A stretch of 64,000 bases of DNA from the NCBI GenBank assembly GCA_965226375.1, contig CBDDCX010000007.1:626336-690335 (forward strand). Reading direction: 5' to 3'. The translations under genes and the position numbers were made by a program. Below, piece after piece: positions 30,553 to 40,969 of the stretch. How positions within the stretch are numbered: position 1 is the stretch's first letter; the number at the start of each line of letters is the position of its first letter. The DNA comes from Longimicrobiales bacterium (GTDB lineage Bacteria; Gemmatimonadota; Gemmatimonadetes; Longimicrobiales; Gaopeijiaceae). The notes below the pieces were generated by a model that did no database searches, was not told the origin of the DNA, and saw only the letters and a list, made by a program, of their open reading frames with translations.

Positions 30553-32316
30553 ATGCTTCAACCACTGGCGCGAGCCGCCCGCTGCCTGGCGTTCATCCTG
30601 GTACTCCCGGTCGGGGCGTGCACGGTCGGCGACGCCGGCGGTGACCCCGTCGAGGGTGACAATGGTGACGATCAGGACGTTGCCGACTGGATGACTCGTC
30701 ACCCGGTGGGCTCCAACTTCCCCGTGATCGCGGAGCACGGGATGGCGGCGACCCTCCACCCGATCGCCACGCAGGTCGCGCTGGACATTATGAAGGAGGG
30801 TGGCAACGCCGTCGACGCGGTGATCGCGGCGAATGCCGCGACAGCCGTGGTTCTGCCCACCTCGAATGGCCTCGGTGGTGACCTGTTCGCCTTCGTCTGG
30901 ATCGCCGAGGAGCAGGAGCTCTACGGACTGAACTCCAGCGGCCGGTCCCCGATGGGGCTCACCCTCGGAGAGCTCCGTGAGGCGCTGGGCGACGAAGACG
31001 CAATCCCGCTGGAAGGTCCCCTGGCGGCGCTGACCGTTCCCGGCGCCGTCGCCGGATGGTTCGAGCTGCACGAGCGCTTCGGCTCTCTGCCCATGGCGCG
31101 GATCCTGGAGCCCGCCATCCGTCTCGCCCGGGAGGGTGCGCCGGGGTGGGGCTGGTCGAGGCGACCGAACCTCGCCGAGCAGCCCGGCTTCGCCGAGACC
31201 TTCCTTCCCGGCGGAGAAGGCCCGGAGCCGGGAGAGATCTTCAGGAATCCCGATATCGGGCAGACGCTGGAGATGATCGCCCAGGGGGGCAGGGCGGCCT
31301 TCTACGAGGGAGAGATCGCCCGGACGGTAGATGCCTTCTGTGAGCGCGTCGGGTGCTTCCTCCGCGAAGAGGATTTCGCCGCCCACGAGTCCACCTGGGT
31401 CGACCCGCTGGGTGCTGACTTTCGGGGATACACGGTCTGGCAGCTCCCGCCGAACACGCAGGGCCTCACCGTGATCCAGATGCTCAAGCTCCTCGAGCCG
31501 TTCGACCTCGAGGAGATGGGTCCTTACAGCCCGGATTTCATCCACCACCTCATAGAGGCCAAGAAGATCGCGTTCGAGGATCGGGCGCGGTATTTCGCGG
31601 ACCCCGAGCGGGCGGATGTCCCCATCCAGGAGCTCATCAGCGACGACTACATCGATCGCAGGCGACGTCTCCTGGATCCGGCTCAGGCGGCTACGGAGTT
31701 TCCGCCGGAGGACCCCAGGACACAGATCAGTGAGACGACGTACATGGCCATGGGGGACCCCGACGGCAACATGGTCTCCCTGATCCAGAGCAACTACGCC
31801 GGGTTCGGGAGCGGCCTCGTCCCGGACGGGCTCGGATTCGGGCTCCAGAACAGGGGTGCCCTCTTCGCCCTCGAGGAGGGGCACCCCAACGTCTACGAGC
31901 CCGGGAAGCGACCCTTCCACACCATCATCCCCGGATTCGTGACGAAGGATGGGGAGCCGTACTATGCCTTCGGCGCGACGGGCGGAGACATGCAGCCCCA
32001 GGCGCAGGTGAACATCTTCCTAAACCACATCCTCTTCGGAATGAACATCCAGGAGGCGGCGGACGCGCCACGGTTCCGGCACTACGGTTCGACGGAGCCG
32101 ACGGGTGGCTCAGCCATGGCGGACGGCGGATGTATCGTCATGGAAGCGGGTTATCCTCCCACCCTCGAGCAGGCGCTCGTGGCGAGGGGCCACAGGCTCT
32201 GTGAGGACGAAACCTACGTCGGCGGTGGATACGCCGGCGTCCTGTGGGACATCGAGCACGGAGTCTATTGGGGCGGGAAGGACTCCCGTAGGTACGGGCT
32301 CGCAGCTGGTTGGTGA
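30553..32316 (+). CDS. ggt: Gamma-glutamyltransferase-family Ntn hydrolase, lipoprotein
   Basis: Lipobox VGAC, 'GGNAVDA', 'GLGGDLF', nucleophile 'ETTY', 'PGKRPFHTIIPG'. Confidence 0.9.
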   Translation: MLQPLARAARCLAFILVLPVGACTVGDAGGDPVEGDNGDDQDVADWMTRHPVGSNFPVIAEHGMAATLHPIATQVALDIMKEGGNAVDAVIAANAATAVVLPTSNGLGGDLFAFVWIAEEQELYGLNSSGRSPMGLTLGELREALGDEDAIPLEGPLAALTVPGAVAGWFELHERFGSLPMARILEPAIRLAREGAPGWGWSRRPNLAEQPGFAETFLPGGEGPEPGEIFRNPDIGQTLEMIAQGGRAAFYEGEIARTVDAFCERVGCFLREEDFAAHESTWVDPLGADFRGYTVWQLPPNTQGLTVIQMLKLLEPFDLEEMGPYSPDFIHHLIEAKKIAFEDRARYFADPERADVPIQELISDDYIDRRRRLLDPAQAATEFPPEDPRTQISETTYMAMGDPDGNMVSLIQSNYAGFGSGLVPDGLGFGLQNRGALFALEEGHPNVYEPGKRPFHTIIPGFVTKDGEPYYAFGATGGDMQPQAQVNIFLNHILFGMNIQEAADAPRFRHYGSTEPTGGSAMADGGCIVMEAGYPPTLEQALVARGHRLCEDETYVGGGYAGVLWDIEHGVYWGGKDSRRYGLAAGW

Positions 32317-32436
32317 GGGATTTTGCCGTTCCCGAGGGCAGGACGAAGGGTCGGGAACCGTGGGCAATGCTCGTGGGGTTTCCCCGGTAAAGCCGTATGC
32401 AGGTCGCATCATTTCCTTGGGACAAGGAGTTCGAAC

Positions 32437-35355
32437 ATGCATCATCGACGTGTGAATACACCTGTCGGCTACGCTCCGCTTCCTCGCTACGCGTTGACAT
32501 CGCTCTTCGCCGCCGCCGCGCTGACGACGTTGCTTTTCGGCAATCCGGATGCAGTCGCGGCGCAGGAGACCGGAACCGTGACCGGTCAGGCGTTGGAGAG
32601 CGGCTCGGGCCGACCCGTGGCCTCTGTCCAGGTCCACCTGGTCGGGACGGACATGGGGACTCTCACGGGCTCGAACGGACGCTTTCTCATTCAGAACGTG
32701 CCGACGGGGACCTTCGAGGTCCGGACGGAGCGCATCGGCTATGAGTCCGTGAGCCGGACGGTCACGGTGCAGGCCGGTCAGGCCGTGGATGTCCTACTTG
32801 AGATGTCGGAGCAGGCGCTCGCGCTGGACGAGATCATCGTCACGGGGACTGCCGGACAGGCTCGTCGGCGGGAGATCGGAAACTCGATCGCTCAAATCCG
32901 CCCCGACATCACGGAGCCCACGGTCACGACCGACCAGCTCATCCAGGGCCGGTCCCCGGGGGTGTTGGTGCTGGCGTCCAGCGGTGTCATGGGCGGCGGA
33001 GCCCAGATCCGGCTTCGAGGCAACGTCAGCGCCACCATGAGCAACCAGCCACTCATCTACGTGGACGGCGTGCGCATCCAGAGCGATGGGCCACCAAGGA
33101 ACACGGCGGCTCCCACCTGCGGGTGCGAGAGCAACAACGACACGCCGAGTCCCCTCAACGACATCAATCCGGAGGACATCGACCGGATCGAGATCATCCG
33201 TGGTCCGGCGGCCTCGACCCTCTACGGGACCGAGGGGGCGGCCGGTGTCATCCAGATCTTCACCAAGAGGGGTCGGGTAGGCGAGCCCGTGTGGACCGCC
33301 GAGGTCGTCAACAGCCTCGACTGGGTGCGGCCGTATGGGACCGACGCGCAGCCGTATCTGGGTCGTCCGGAGCTGGATCTGGGCATGGACCGCTTTCTCC
33401 AGACCGCGTGGTCTCGCTCCTACCAGCTCTCGGTGGGTGGAGGCACGCGTGACATCCAGTACTACCTCAGCGCCTCCTTCGACGACAACGAGGGGATCAT
33501 GCTGAATGACGCCCAGGACAAGGCGCAATTCCGGGGCAACGTGACGTTCCGGCCCACCGAATCCCTGACCTTCGACTGGAACAGCTCGCTCACGAACGAC
33601 GAGATCCAGAACACGCCGGCCGGCACGAACATCCACGGGATCACGGCGAACGTCTACCGTGCACCCAACAACTTCATCGGGTCCGGGGCCGAAGAGGATC
33701 TCTTCGAGACCCTCCGATACAAGATCGACTGGGACAATGCCCATTTGATCGCGGGGCTCACGTCGACGTACGCGCCCACGGCCAATTTCACCAACAAGCT
33801 CGTCCTCGGCTACGACCGGGCGGAGAGTCACATGATTCAGAAGCGCCCGTTCGACTTCAAGTTCGACCCCGGCGGCGTCGAGCTCGACAAGAACTGGTTC
33901 TTCGAGACATTTACCGTCGACTACGTGGGGACGTACCGCTTCGGTCTCGGCGAGTCGTTGTCGAGTGCGTTCTCGTGGGGGGGGCAGAGCATCACCACCG
34001 ACGAGCGCCTCATCGAGGTCTTCGGTCAGGGGTTCCCTGGTCCGGGGGAGTTCACCGTGAACGCCGCGTCTCAGATCTCGACCCTCGCCGAGAAGCAGAG
34101 GGTCATCAACGCCGGCGCGTTCCTCCAGAACGTCTTTTCCCTGAAGGATCGCTACTTTCTGACACTCGGATTGCGAGTGGACGGGAACAGCGCGTTCGGA
34201 GAGGATCTCGGACTCGAGGCGTTTCCGAAGGCGAGCTTCTCATATGTGGTGTCCGATGAAGACTTCTGGCCCGCGTCGCTCGGTGAGGTGAAGCTCCGGG
34301 CCGCGTTCGGAGAGTCGGGGCGTGCGCCCGGCGCGTTCGATGCCGTCAGGACCTGGCGGGCAGAGCCGTTCGGACCGCAGCCGGCGTTCATACCCGGCAA
34401 CGTGGGGAACCCGGAGCTGGGGCCGGAGCGGACCCAGGAGCTGGAGCTGGGCTTCGACGGTTCGTTCTTCAACGATCGGCTGGCGCTCGAATTCACCTAC
34501 TTCAACCAGAACACCAAGGACGCGCTCTTCCAGGTGAGGCAGATACCCTCCGCCGGGTTCCTGGGCAGTCAGCTCGTGAATACGGGGGAGATCACCAATT
34601 CGGGGATAGAGATCGGCGCCAACCTCACTCTCGTCAATCGCGCCGATATCGTCTGGGACGTGGGCACCACGATCGCCACGAACGGCTCGGAAGTGAAGAC
34701 CCTGGGTGATTCGCCGCCCTTCTCCCTCGGATTCTTCTCCTGGATCGATGTCGGCACCTCGATACCCTCCATGCGGGGAACGCTCATCAAGAATCCCGAC
34801 GAGATCGCCGAGCCGATCCTCGAACGGAACCATATCTTCGGACCGAACCAGCCGACCACGAATATCGGGGTCAGCACGTCTCTCGAGTTCCGGGGCGGGA
34901 TCCGGCTCTCCGCCCGCGGCGAGTACGTAGGCGGGCACACCATCTACGACCACCTGAGCGGCCGCTCGGGAGTGAGCGCCAGTACCTGGGCCGTCTGCGA
35001 GGATGCTGGAGCGTATCAGGCGGTCGCCGCCGGGGACGTCTCGGGGCTGACCGCGCGTCTCCGGGCGATGTGCGGCGACGCCAAGCGTCGTGACATGTTC
35101 ATGTTCGACGGGGACTTCTTCAAGATCCGGTGGGTCACATTGTTCGTTCCGATCCCGTCTGCCATCATTCCAGGGGTGCGAAACGCGAGCCTCACCCTCT
35201 CCGCCCGGAATTTCTATACATGGGTGAAGGATGATTTCTTGAAGAACAATCCGGAGATGGCCGGAGACGGGGGACTGAGGCAGCGGGTTCGTATCATCGG
35301 GGAGAATGTGCCGCCGCCGGCCCGGGTGACGGCATCCCTCCGGGTCGTCTTCTGA
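32437..35355 (+). CDS. SusC/RagA-like TonB-dependent receptor
   Basis: Carboxypeptidase-regulatory-like N-domain, 'LDEIIVTG', 'PLNDINPEDIDRIEIIRGPAASTLYGTEGAAGVIQIFTKRG', terminal Phe. Confidence 0.95.
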   Translation: MHHRRVNTPVGYAPLPRYALTSLFAAAALTTLLFGNPDAVAAQETGTVTGQALESGSGRPVASVQVHLVGTDMGTLTGSNGRFLIQNVPTGTFEVRTERIGYESVSRTVTVQAGQAVDVLLEMSEQALALDEIIVTGTAGQARRREIGNSIAQIRPDITEPTVTTDQLIQGRSPGVLVLASSGVMGGGAQIRLRGNVSATMSNQPLIYVDGVRIQSDGPPRNTAAPTCGCESNNDTPSPLNDINPEDIDRIEIIRGPAASTLYGTEGAAGVIQIFTKRGRVGEPVWTAEVVNSLDWVRPYGTDAQPYLGRPELDLGMDRFLQTAWSRSYQLSVGGGTRDIQYYLSASFDDNEGIMLNDAQDKAQFRGNVTFRPTESLTFDWNSSLTNDEIQNTPAGTNIHGITANVYRAPNNFIGSGAEEDLFETLRYKIDWDNAHLIAGLTSTYAPTANFTNKLVLGYDRAESHMIQKRPFDFKFDPGGVELDKNWFFETFTVDYVGTYRFGLGESLSSAFSWGGQSITTDERLIEVFGQGFPGPGEFTVNAASQISTLAEKQRVINAGAFLQNVFSLKDRYFLTLGLRVDGNSAFGEDLGLEAFPKASFSYVVSDEDFWPASLGEVKLRAAFGESGRAPGAFDAVRTWRAEPFGPQPAFIPGNVGNPELGPERTQELELGFDGSFFNDRLALEFTYFNQNTKDALFQVRQIPSAGFLGSQLVNTGEITNSGIEIGANLTLVNRADIVWDVGTTIATNGSEVKTLGDSPPFSLGFFSWIDVGTSIPSMRGTLIKNPDEIAEPILERNHIFGPNQPTTNIGVSTSLEFRGGIRLSARGEYVGGHTIYDHLSGRSGVSASTWAVCEDAGAYQAVAAGDVSGLTARLRAMCGDAKRRDMFMFDGDFFKIRWVTLFVPIPSAIIPGVRNASLTLSARNFYTWVKDDFLKNNPEMAGDGGLRQRVRIIGENVPPPARVTASLRVVF

Positions 35356-35434
35356 GGAGGCCACGATGCGAAGCGCTCCAGAAGGAACGACGAATGCTGC
35401 GGCAAGACCCACTCCTCGGGAACGAAAGGAAACG

Positions 35435-36691
35435 ATGAAGATGTATAAGAGCCGACGTGGAGGATGGATCGGCGGAATGCTGCTCGCTCTCTCCGTGCCT
35501 GTGGTGTTCACTGCCTGCGATTTCTCCCCGACCAACCCGGGGCCGGTCCAGGACGAATTTCTGAACGACAGGGCCGCGCACGACGCGGTGGTGACCGGGG
35601 CTTCCCGGCAACTGTCCGTCGCCCTCAATCGACTCGCCAATCATGTGGGAGCGATCACCCAGGAGCATACGCCGGCGGGCCTTGTCGGTGGAGGTGCCGT
35701 CGGAGTGCCTCGGCGGATCCGCCAGGGGATCCTCAATACCGAGGAAACGGTTCCCCACTGGAATGAGGCACAGGAGGCGCGCTGGGTGGCCGAGGACGGA
35801 GTCCGACGGATCCAGGAGGTCATGGAAGGCGAGGCCAGCTCCTACCGACCCTTCGGACGCGCCCACCTCTACGCCGGATATGCCAACCGGCTGCTGGGGG
35901 AGAACATGTGTCGGGCGGTGATCGACGGGGGGGCTGCTCAGGACCGCGCGGACTACTTCGAGCGGGCCGCGGCCGCGTTCACCTCCGCGCAGCAGGTGGC
36001 GAGCGCTGCGGGTGATGCAGAAGCCGCGACCGTGGCGCTCGCTGGCCGGGCGTCGGTCCGGGTCCACCTCGGGGATTGGTCCGGCGCGATCCAGGACGCG
36101 GGCGCCGTTCCCACCGACTTCCAGTTTCAGGCGATGTACTTCGGTGGGCAGGAGGTGGAGTCGAACGTGATCTGGGTTGCGAGCTCCGAGCAGGAGCGCT
36201 CGATCAGCGTATGGGACACCTTCTACGAGGACTACTTCCTCGAGACGGGCGATCCCCGCACCGCATGGGACGAGCGTCCGGACTTCGAGTTCGGCGGGCC
36301 CGCCCCGGAGGGACAGGTGCTCTGGTTCCAGCAGCTCAAGTACACCTCGCTCGACGCGCCGATCAACCTCTCCACGGGGCGGGAGATGCGCCTCATCGAG
36401 GCCGAGAACATGCTGCGGAATCAGGAGGTGGAGGCCGCGATAGAGCTGATCAATGAGCTCCGCATCGCGGCGGGCGCCCCGACCGTCTCCGCCGACTCCC
36501 CGGATGAAGCGTGGGCGTTGCTCAAGCGGGAACGGGGGATCGAGATGTGGCTCGAGGCGAGGCGCCTCGGGGACGTGCGGCGGTGGAACGCCGACGGCAC
36601 GGCCGGCAGCGAGGGGGTGGATCCTCTCTTGGGTGAGTCGGACTGCTTCCCGATCCCGGACTCCGAGCTGGAGACGAATCCGAACCTCTAG
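35435..36691 (+). CDS. SusD/RagB-like surface lipoprotein
   Basis: Lipobox FTAC, 'EMRLIEAE', 'RERGIEMWLEARRLGDVRR', 'FPIPDSELETNPNL'. Confidence 0.9.
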   Translation: MKMYKSRRGGWIGGMLLALSVPVVFTACDFSPTNPGPVQDEFLNDRAAHDAVVTGASRQLSVALNRLANHVGAITQEHTPAGLVGGGAVGVPRRIRQGILNTEETVPHWNEAQEARWVAEDGVRRIQEVMEGEASSYRPFGRAHLYAGYANRLLGENMCRAVIDGGAAQDRADYFERAAAAFTSAQQVASAAGDAEAATVALAGRASVRVHLGDWSGAIQDAGAVPTDFQFQAMYFGGQEVESNVIWVASSEQERSISVWDTFYEDYFLETGDPRTAWDERPDFEFGGPAPEGQVLWFQQLKYTSLDAPINLSTGREMRLIEAENMLRNQEVEAAIELINELRIAAGAPTVSADSPDEAWALLKRERGIEMWLEARRLGDVRRWNADGTAGSEGVDPLLGESDCFPIPDSELETNPNL

Positions 36692-36784
36692 GTCTCTTCC
36701 GGGATCGGCTCTGTCAGGACTAGAGCCGGTCGCTAGAGTAGCACAACGACGCCCCGGCGCACCTTCGTTCTCGAGGTCGGCCGG

Positions 36785-37078
36785 GGCGTTGTTGCATGGC
36801 TCCGTTCTGTGGACAGATTCCCCCTTCCCGGAGCGGAACTCACGCCAATCGATAGCTGTCGGGCATACCAAGCTGGGTCATGGCATTGAGAATTTTGCTC
36901 GCCAACTGTACCTCCACGCGCTGCCCATCAAAGGTACGACTTCGCATACTTCGCCCTATGATCGTCTTGTATCGGTACATGGTATTCTCGACCAGGCTGC
37001 GCTTGCTGTAGCCTGAGGACGTGTGCCAGCCACGCCGTCCGAGTTCTCGGATCGAGCGAATGTTGCGATCCCGCTCCC
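36785..37078 (-). mobile_element. IS5-family (IS903-like) 3' fragment with right inverted repeat
   Basis: My translation gives 'SGYSKRSLVENTMYRYKTIIGRSMRSR..ILNAMTQLGMPDSY', and the end reads GGCGTTGTTGCA at 36785. Confidence 0.8.
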
Positions 37079-37092
37079 GCAGTGAGGCCCTC

Positions 37093-38517
37093 CTAGCGGA
37101 TCTGCTGCGGCTGGTCCGGGCTCTCGTCCCACATCTGAGCGCTCGAGATGTTCGGCATGTTCCAGTCGTTTCCGTTCCAGCCCAGGAAACCGTCGAGCCT
37201 GAACGCCCAGAATCCGGTGTTCTCGTCGCTCACAACGATGAGTCCGTCTGCGTTCCGGATGTCTACACCCCACGCGCCGTTGTAGATGTTTCCGGTGGTG
37301 GCCTGGGACGGGTTCCGGCCTTGGGGGTCGTGTAGCGAGGGGCCCTGCCGCGTGTGGTAGTAGGCCTCGGTAAAGGGATGCGTGGGATCGGTCATGTTGA
37401 CGATCTGGAGCCCGTCGTCCTGCGCCGAGATGAAAACGTACGGCCACCGCATCTCATGGTTGTGGGTCGCGCCCCCGAACTTGGCGATCCAGGCTCCGAT
37501 CCCGGCTCCCCTGACGATGTTCGGAGTCTGTCCCTCCGATCCCTCAGGCCGCAGGTCGAAGAAACGGATCGGTGAGTGCTGGTAGGTGGGCGCGGACATG
37601 CCGAGTCCGTAGCGCCCGTCGGGCGTGGGCGTGAAGGTGTGACCGTTCTCCACCCCCGGGATGCCGGTGACCGAGGTGAGGAGCCGTGGGTTCTCCACGT
37701 CGGTAATGTCGAAGACGTGGTATCCCCCGGTGCCGGCGCCGTAGAAGCGATCCTGCGCGGCGTCGGGCAGGAACCCCAGGTACATGTCGTGCCACTGCTG
37801 GACGCGAGTCGGCGAGGGGTTGGGCACGGCAATCGCCGAGACCGGATCCGTGTTGCCCGCCGCGACCTGCGCGATGTCGTATACGAATGCGTCCTTCGAC
37901 TGGGTGGTCGCCAACAGCAGAGACCGGCCGTTGGAGTGCCTGTAGGTGAAGATGTTATGGAAGCCTCCCGGCAGGTCCGGGAGTCTGAGCTCCGCGACCT
38001 TGCGCACGGTGGACGCATCCGGAAGCCCGGTCACGTCGAAGACCATCGCCCCCAAGTCGGAGTCCGGCCCACCCTGCCCGAACTGGCAGGACACGATCAG
38101 GTAGTACCGTCCCTCTGCCTTGGCGTACTTCGGATCGAGACATCCGGAACCGAGATGCAGATCGGGGTCGTCCATGATGTAACGGTACAGGATCCGGGGA
38201 TGCTCCTCGTCCTCGATGCTGATCGCATAGAATCCTGACGCGCCGAAGCGCTGCGCGATGTAGACGAAAGGCCGATCCAGCTCTTGCTCGATCTCGATGT
38301 CGGCGTGGCTGAAGCGCTCGCCCGGGAGAGGAATGTGCGAGACGACCTCGATGTTGGGCGTGCCGCGCTGGCCCACACGGTAGCCCGTCTCGGGCTGTAC
38401 ACAGGTCGGGTCGCCGAAGCACGTCACTTGCGCTACCGCGCTGGAAGCCGCGGGGCCGACGGCAGCGATCGCCACCAGGGTGAGCGCATACAGAACCGGC
38501 AGGGTTCGCTGGCGCAT
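37093..38517 (-). CDS. Secreted LVIVD-repeat protein, paralogue D
   Basis: Colinear close paralogue of A, B and E. Confidence 0.85.
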   Translation of the reverse strand: MRQRTLPVLYALTLVAIAAVGPAASSAVAQVTCFGDPTCVQPETGYRVGQRGTPNIEVVSHIPLPGERFSHADIEIEQELDRPFVYIAQRFGASGFYAISIEDEEHPRILYRYIMDDPDLHLGSGCLDPKYAKAEGRYYLIVSCQFGQGGPDSDLGAMVFDVTGLPDASTVRKVAELRLPDLPGGFHNIFTYRHSNGRSLLLATTQSKDAFVYDIAQVAAGNTDPVSAIAVPNPSPTRVQQWHDMYLGFLPDAAQDRFYGAGTGGYHVFDITDVENPRLLTSVTGIPGVENGHTFTPTPDGRYGLGMSAPTYQHSPIRFFDLRPEGSEGQTPNIVRGAGIGAWIAKFGGATHNHEMRWPYVFISAQDDGLQIVNMTDPTHPFTEAYYHTRQGPSLHDPQGRNPSQATTGNIYNGAWGVDIRNADGLIVVSDENTGFWAFRLDGFLGWNGNDWNMPNISSAQMWDESPDQPQQIR

Positions 38518-38779
38518 GATCACTCCTCCGTACTCGAAGCCTTCAATGGATGCGTTCCGGCGGGTGATGGGTTAGAACAGGGCCGCAAAATACGCCCAGT
38601 TTACGTAGGGCCACAAGATGGCCCCACCTCGCGTGTATGGACATGGAAGTCAACGAAGCTCGGGGCGGGAACACTACCGATCTCGATGGTCTGTGCCACC
38701 TCCCCGGCGAGCGCCTCAGCCCACGAGCCCCCGCCGCGACGATCCGCCCGCTGAACACGCGGCCCCGAACGAGGCTCTC

Positions 38780-40201
38780 CTAGCGGATCTGCTGCGGCTG
38801 GTCCGGGCTCTCGTCCCACATCTGAGCGCTCGAGATGTTCGGCATGTTCCAGTCGTTTCCGTTCCAGCCCAGGAAACCGTCGAGCCTGAACGCCCAGAAT
38901 CCGGTATTCTCGTCGCTCACAACGATGAGCCCGTCTGCGTTCCGGATGTCTACACCCCACGCGCCGTTGTAGATGTTTCCGGTGGTGGCCTGGGACGGGT
39001 TCCGGCCTAGGGGGTCGTGTAGCAAGGGGCCCTGCCGCGTGTGGTAGTAGGCCTCGGTAAAGGGATGCGTGGGATCGGTCATGTTGACGATCTGGAGCCC
39101 GTCGTCCTGCGCCGAGATGAAAACGTACGGCCACCGCATCTCATGGTTGTGGGTCGCGCCCCCGAACTTGGCGATCCAGGCTCCGATCCCGGCTCCCCTG
39201 ACGATGTTCGGAGTCTGTCCCTCCGATCCCTCAGGCCGCAGGTCGAAGAAACGGATCGGTGAGTGCTGGTAGGTGGGCTCGGGCATGCCGAGTCCGTAAC
39301 GCCCGTCGGGCGTGGGCGTGAAGGTGTGTCCGTTCTCGACCCCCGGGATGCCGGTGACCGAGGTGAGGAGCCGCGGGTTCTCCACGTCCGTCATGTCGAA
39401 GACGTGGAAGCCCCCGGTACCGGCGCCGTAGAACCGATCCTGCCCGGCGTCTGGGAGGAACCCGACGTACATGTCGTGCCACTGACGGCTGCGAGTCGCC
39501 GAGGGCTCGGGTACCGCGATCGCCGAGACCGGATCCAAATTGCCCGCCGCGAGCTGCGCGATGTCGTATATGAAAGCGTCCTTCGACTGGGTGGTCGCCA
39601 ACAGAAGAGACCGGCCGTTGCTGTGTCTGTACGTGAAGATGTTGTGAAAGCCACCCGGCATGTCAGGGAGTCGCAGGTCCGCGACCTTGCGCACCGTCGA
39701 CGCATCCGGAAGCCCGGTCACGTCGAAGACCATCGCCCCCAAGTCGGAGTCCGGCCCACCCTGCCCGAACTGGCAGGCCACGATCAGGTAGTACCGTCCC
39801 TCTGCCTTGGCGTACTTCGGATCGAGACATCCGGAACCGAGATGCAGATCGGGGTCGTCCACGATGTAACGGTACAGGACCCGGGGATGCTCCTCGTCCT
39901 CGATGCTGATCGCATAGAATCCTGACGCGCCGAAGCGCTGCGCGATGTAGACGAAGGGCCGATCCATCTCCTGCTCGATCTCGATGTCGGCGTGGCTGAA
40001 GCGCTGCCCGGGCAGAGGAATGTGCGAGACCACTTCGATGTTGGGCGTACCGCGGCGACCTACTGGGTAGCCTGTCTCCGGCTGAATGCAGGTCGGGTCG
40101 CCGAAGCACGTCACTTGCGCTACCGCGCTGGAAGCCGCGAGTCCGACGGCCATCGCCGCCAGGGTGAGCGCATACAGAACCGGCAGGGTTCGCTGACGCA
40201 T
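38780..40201 (-). CDS. Secreted LVIVD-repeat protein, paralogue E (mosaic)
   Basis: 5' part matches paralogue A; 3' part is nearly identical to paralogue D. Confidence 0.85.
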   Translation of the reverse strand: MRQRTLPVLYALTLAAMAVGLAASSAVAQVTCFGDPTCIQPETGYPVGRRGTPNIEVVSHIPLPGQRFSHADIEIEQEMDRPFVYIAQRFGASGFYAISIEDEEHPRVLYRYIVDDPDLHLGSGCLDPKYAKAEGRYYLIVACQFGQGGPDSDLGAMVFDVTGLPDASTVRKVADLRLPDMPGGFHNIFTYRHSNGRSLLLATTQSKDAFIYDIAQLAAGNLDPVSAIAVPEPSATRSRQWHDMYVGFLPDAGQDRFYGAGTGGFHVFDMTDVENPRLLTSVTGIPGVENGHTFTPTPDGRYGLGMPEPTYQHSPIRFFDLRPEGSEGQTPNIVRGAGIGAWIAKFGGATHNHEMRWPYVFISAQDDGLQIVNMTDPTHPFTEAYYHTRQGPLLHDPLGRNPSQATTGNIYNGAWGVDIRNADGLIVVSDENTGFWAFRLDGFLGWNGNDWNMPNISSAQMWDESPDQPQQIR

Positions 40202-40512
40202 GATCACTCCTCCGTGCTTGAAGTCTTCAGGATGCGTGCAGGCGGGTGACAGATCGGACATGGCTGCAAAATGCCCCTAGGTCGCGCCCAACCACAAGGC
40301 GAGGCGGCCCTTCGTGGGAAAAGCGAGGTGGCCCTCCCGTGCTCCGCGAGGCCTGGGCCGCTCATCCCGACCGCTTCGTCTCCGGTGAGCCAAACCCCAA
40401 ACCCCTCCCCGAGGCCGTCTGGATCAATCCTCCAAGCCTAACCCTCACTACACAGGAGATTGCTCTCTAATTGATTCCCCGGAGTGTCTCACAATCGTTG
40501 ACAGGTTCCGAT
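39804..40512. repeat. ~709-bp direct repeat, copy 2 (includes the IS3 end remnant 40337-40510)
   Basis: Matches 22741-23449. Confidence 0.9.
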
Positions 40513-40969
40513 ACCACTGAACCCAATGCAGACAAATCCTTCGTCACGAGCCCTGAGCGCCAAAGGATCATCATCTCCGATATGAACCACCCAAAGAGTG
40601 GCTCTATCCTCGAAGGTGGTCTTGTCATTCATACGGTGTTTCCTGACGGGGGGTAGGCGGTGGCCTCAAGCCGTTGTCTCGGAGCGTGGAGACAAACCGC
40701 AGGAACTCCTTCGCCGTCGGTGGGTGCATTCGAGGCCCTTACGAATCCAGGGGAATCATGGAGCCTAACGCGTAACGAGCAGGCAACCTGCGCTCGCCAG
40801 AGCACATGTGCCGCTTGCCCGAACCTATCGGCGGTGCTCCTCACCCTGAATCTAGTCCATCAGGAGCGCAAGCCTTCAAGCTTCGGCTCGGATCGCGATC
40901 CGTGAGCCTGAGGAGCGGGCGTCCACTCTATCGGCCTGCCGATGCAGCTCTGCCTGGTCCCGACAGGTT

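Noticed and set aside
37093..39280. Diversity-generating retroelement (near-identical LVIVD 3' ends plus an RT in the window)
   Set aside because: The differences are not adenine-specific, both copies are full genes, and the RT sits in a group II intron with domain V.
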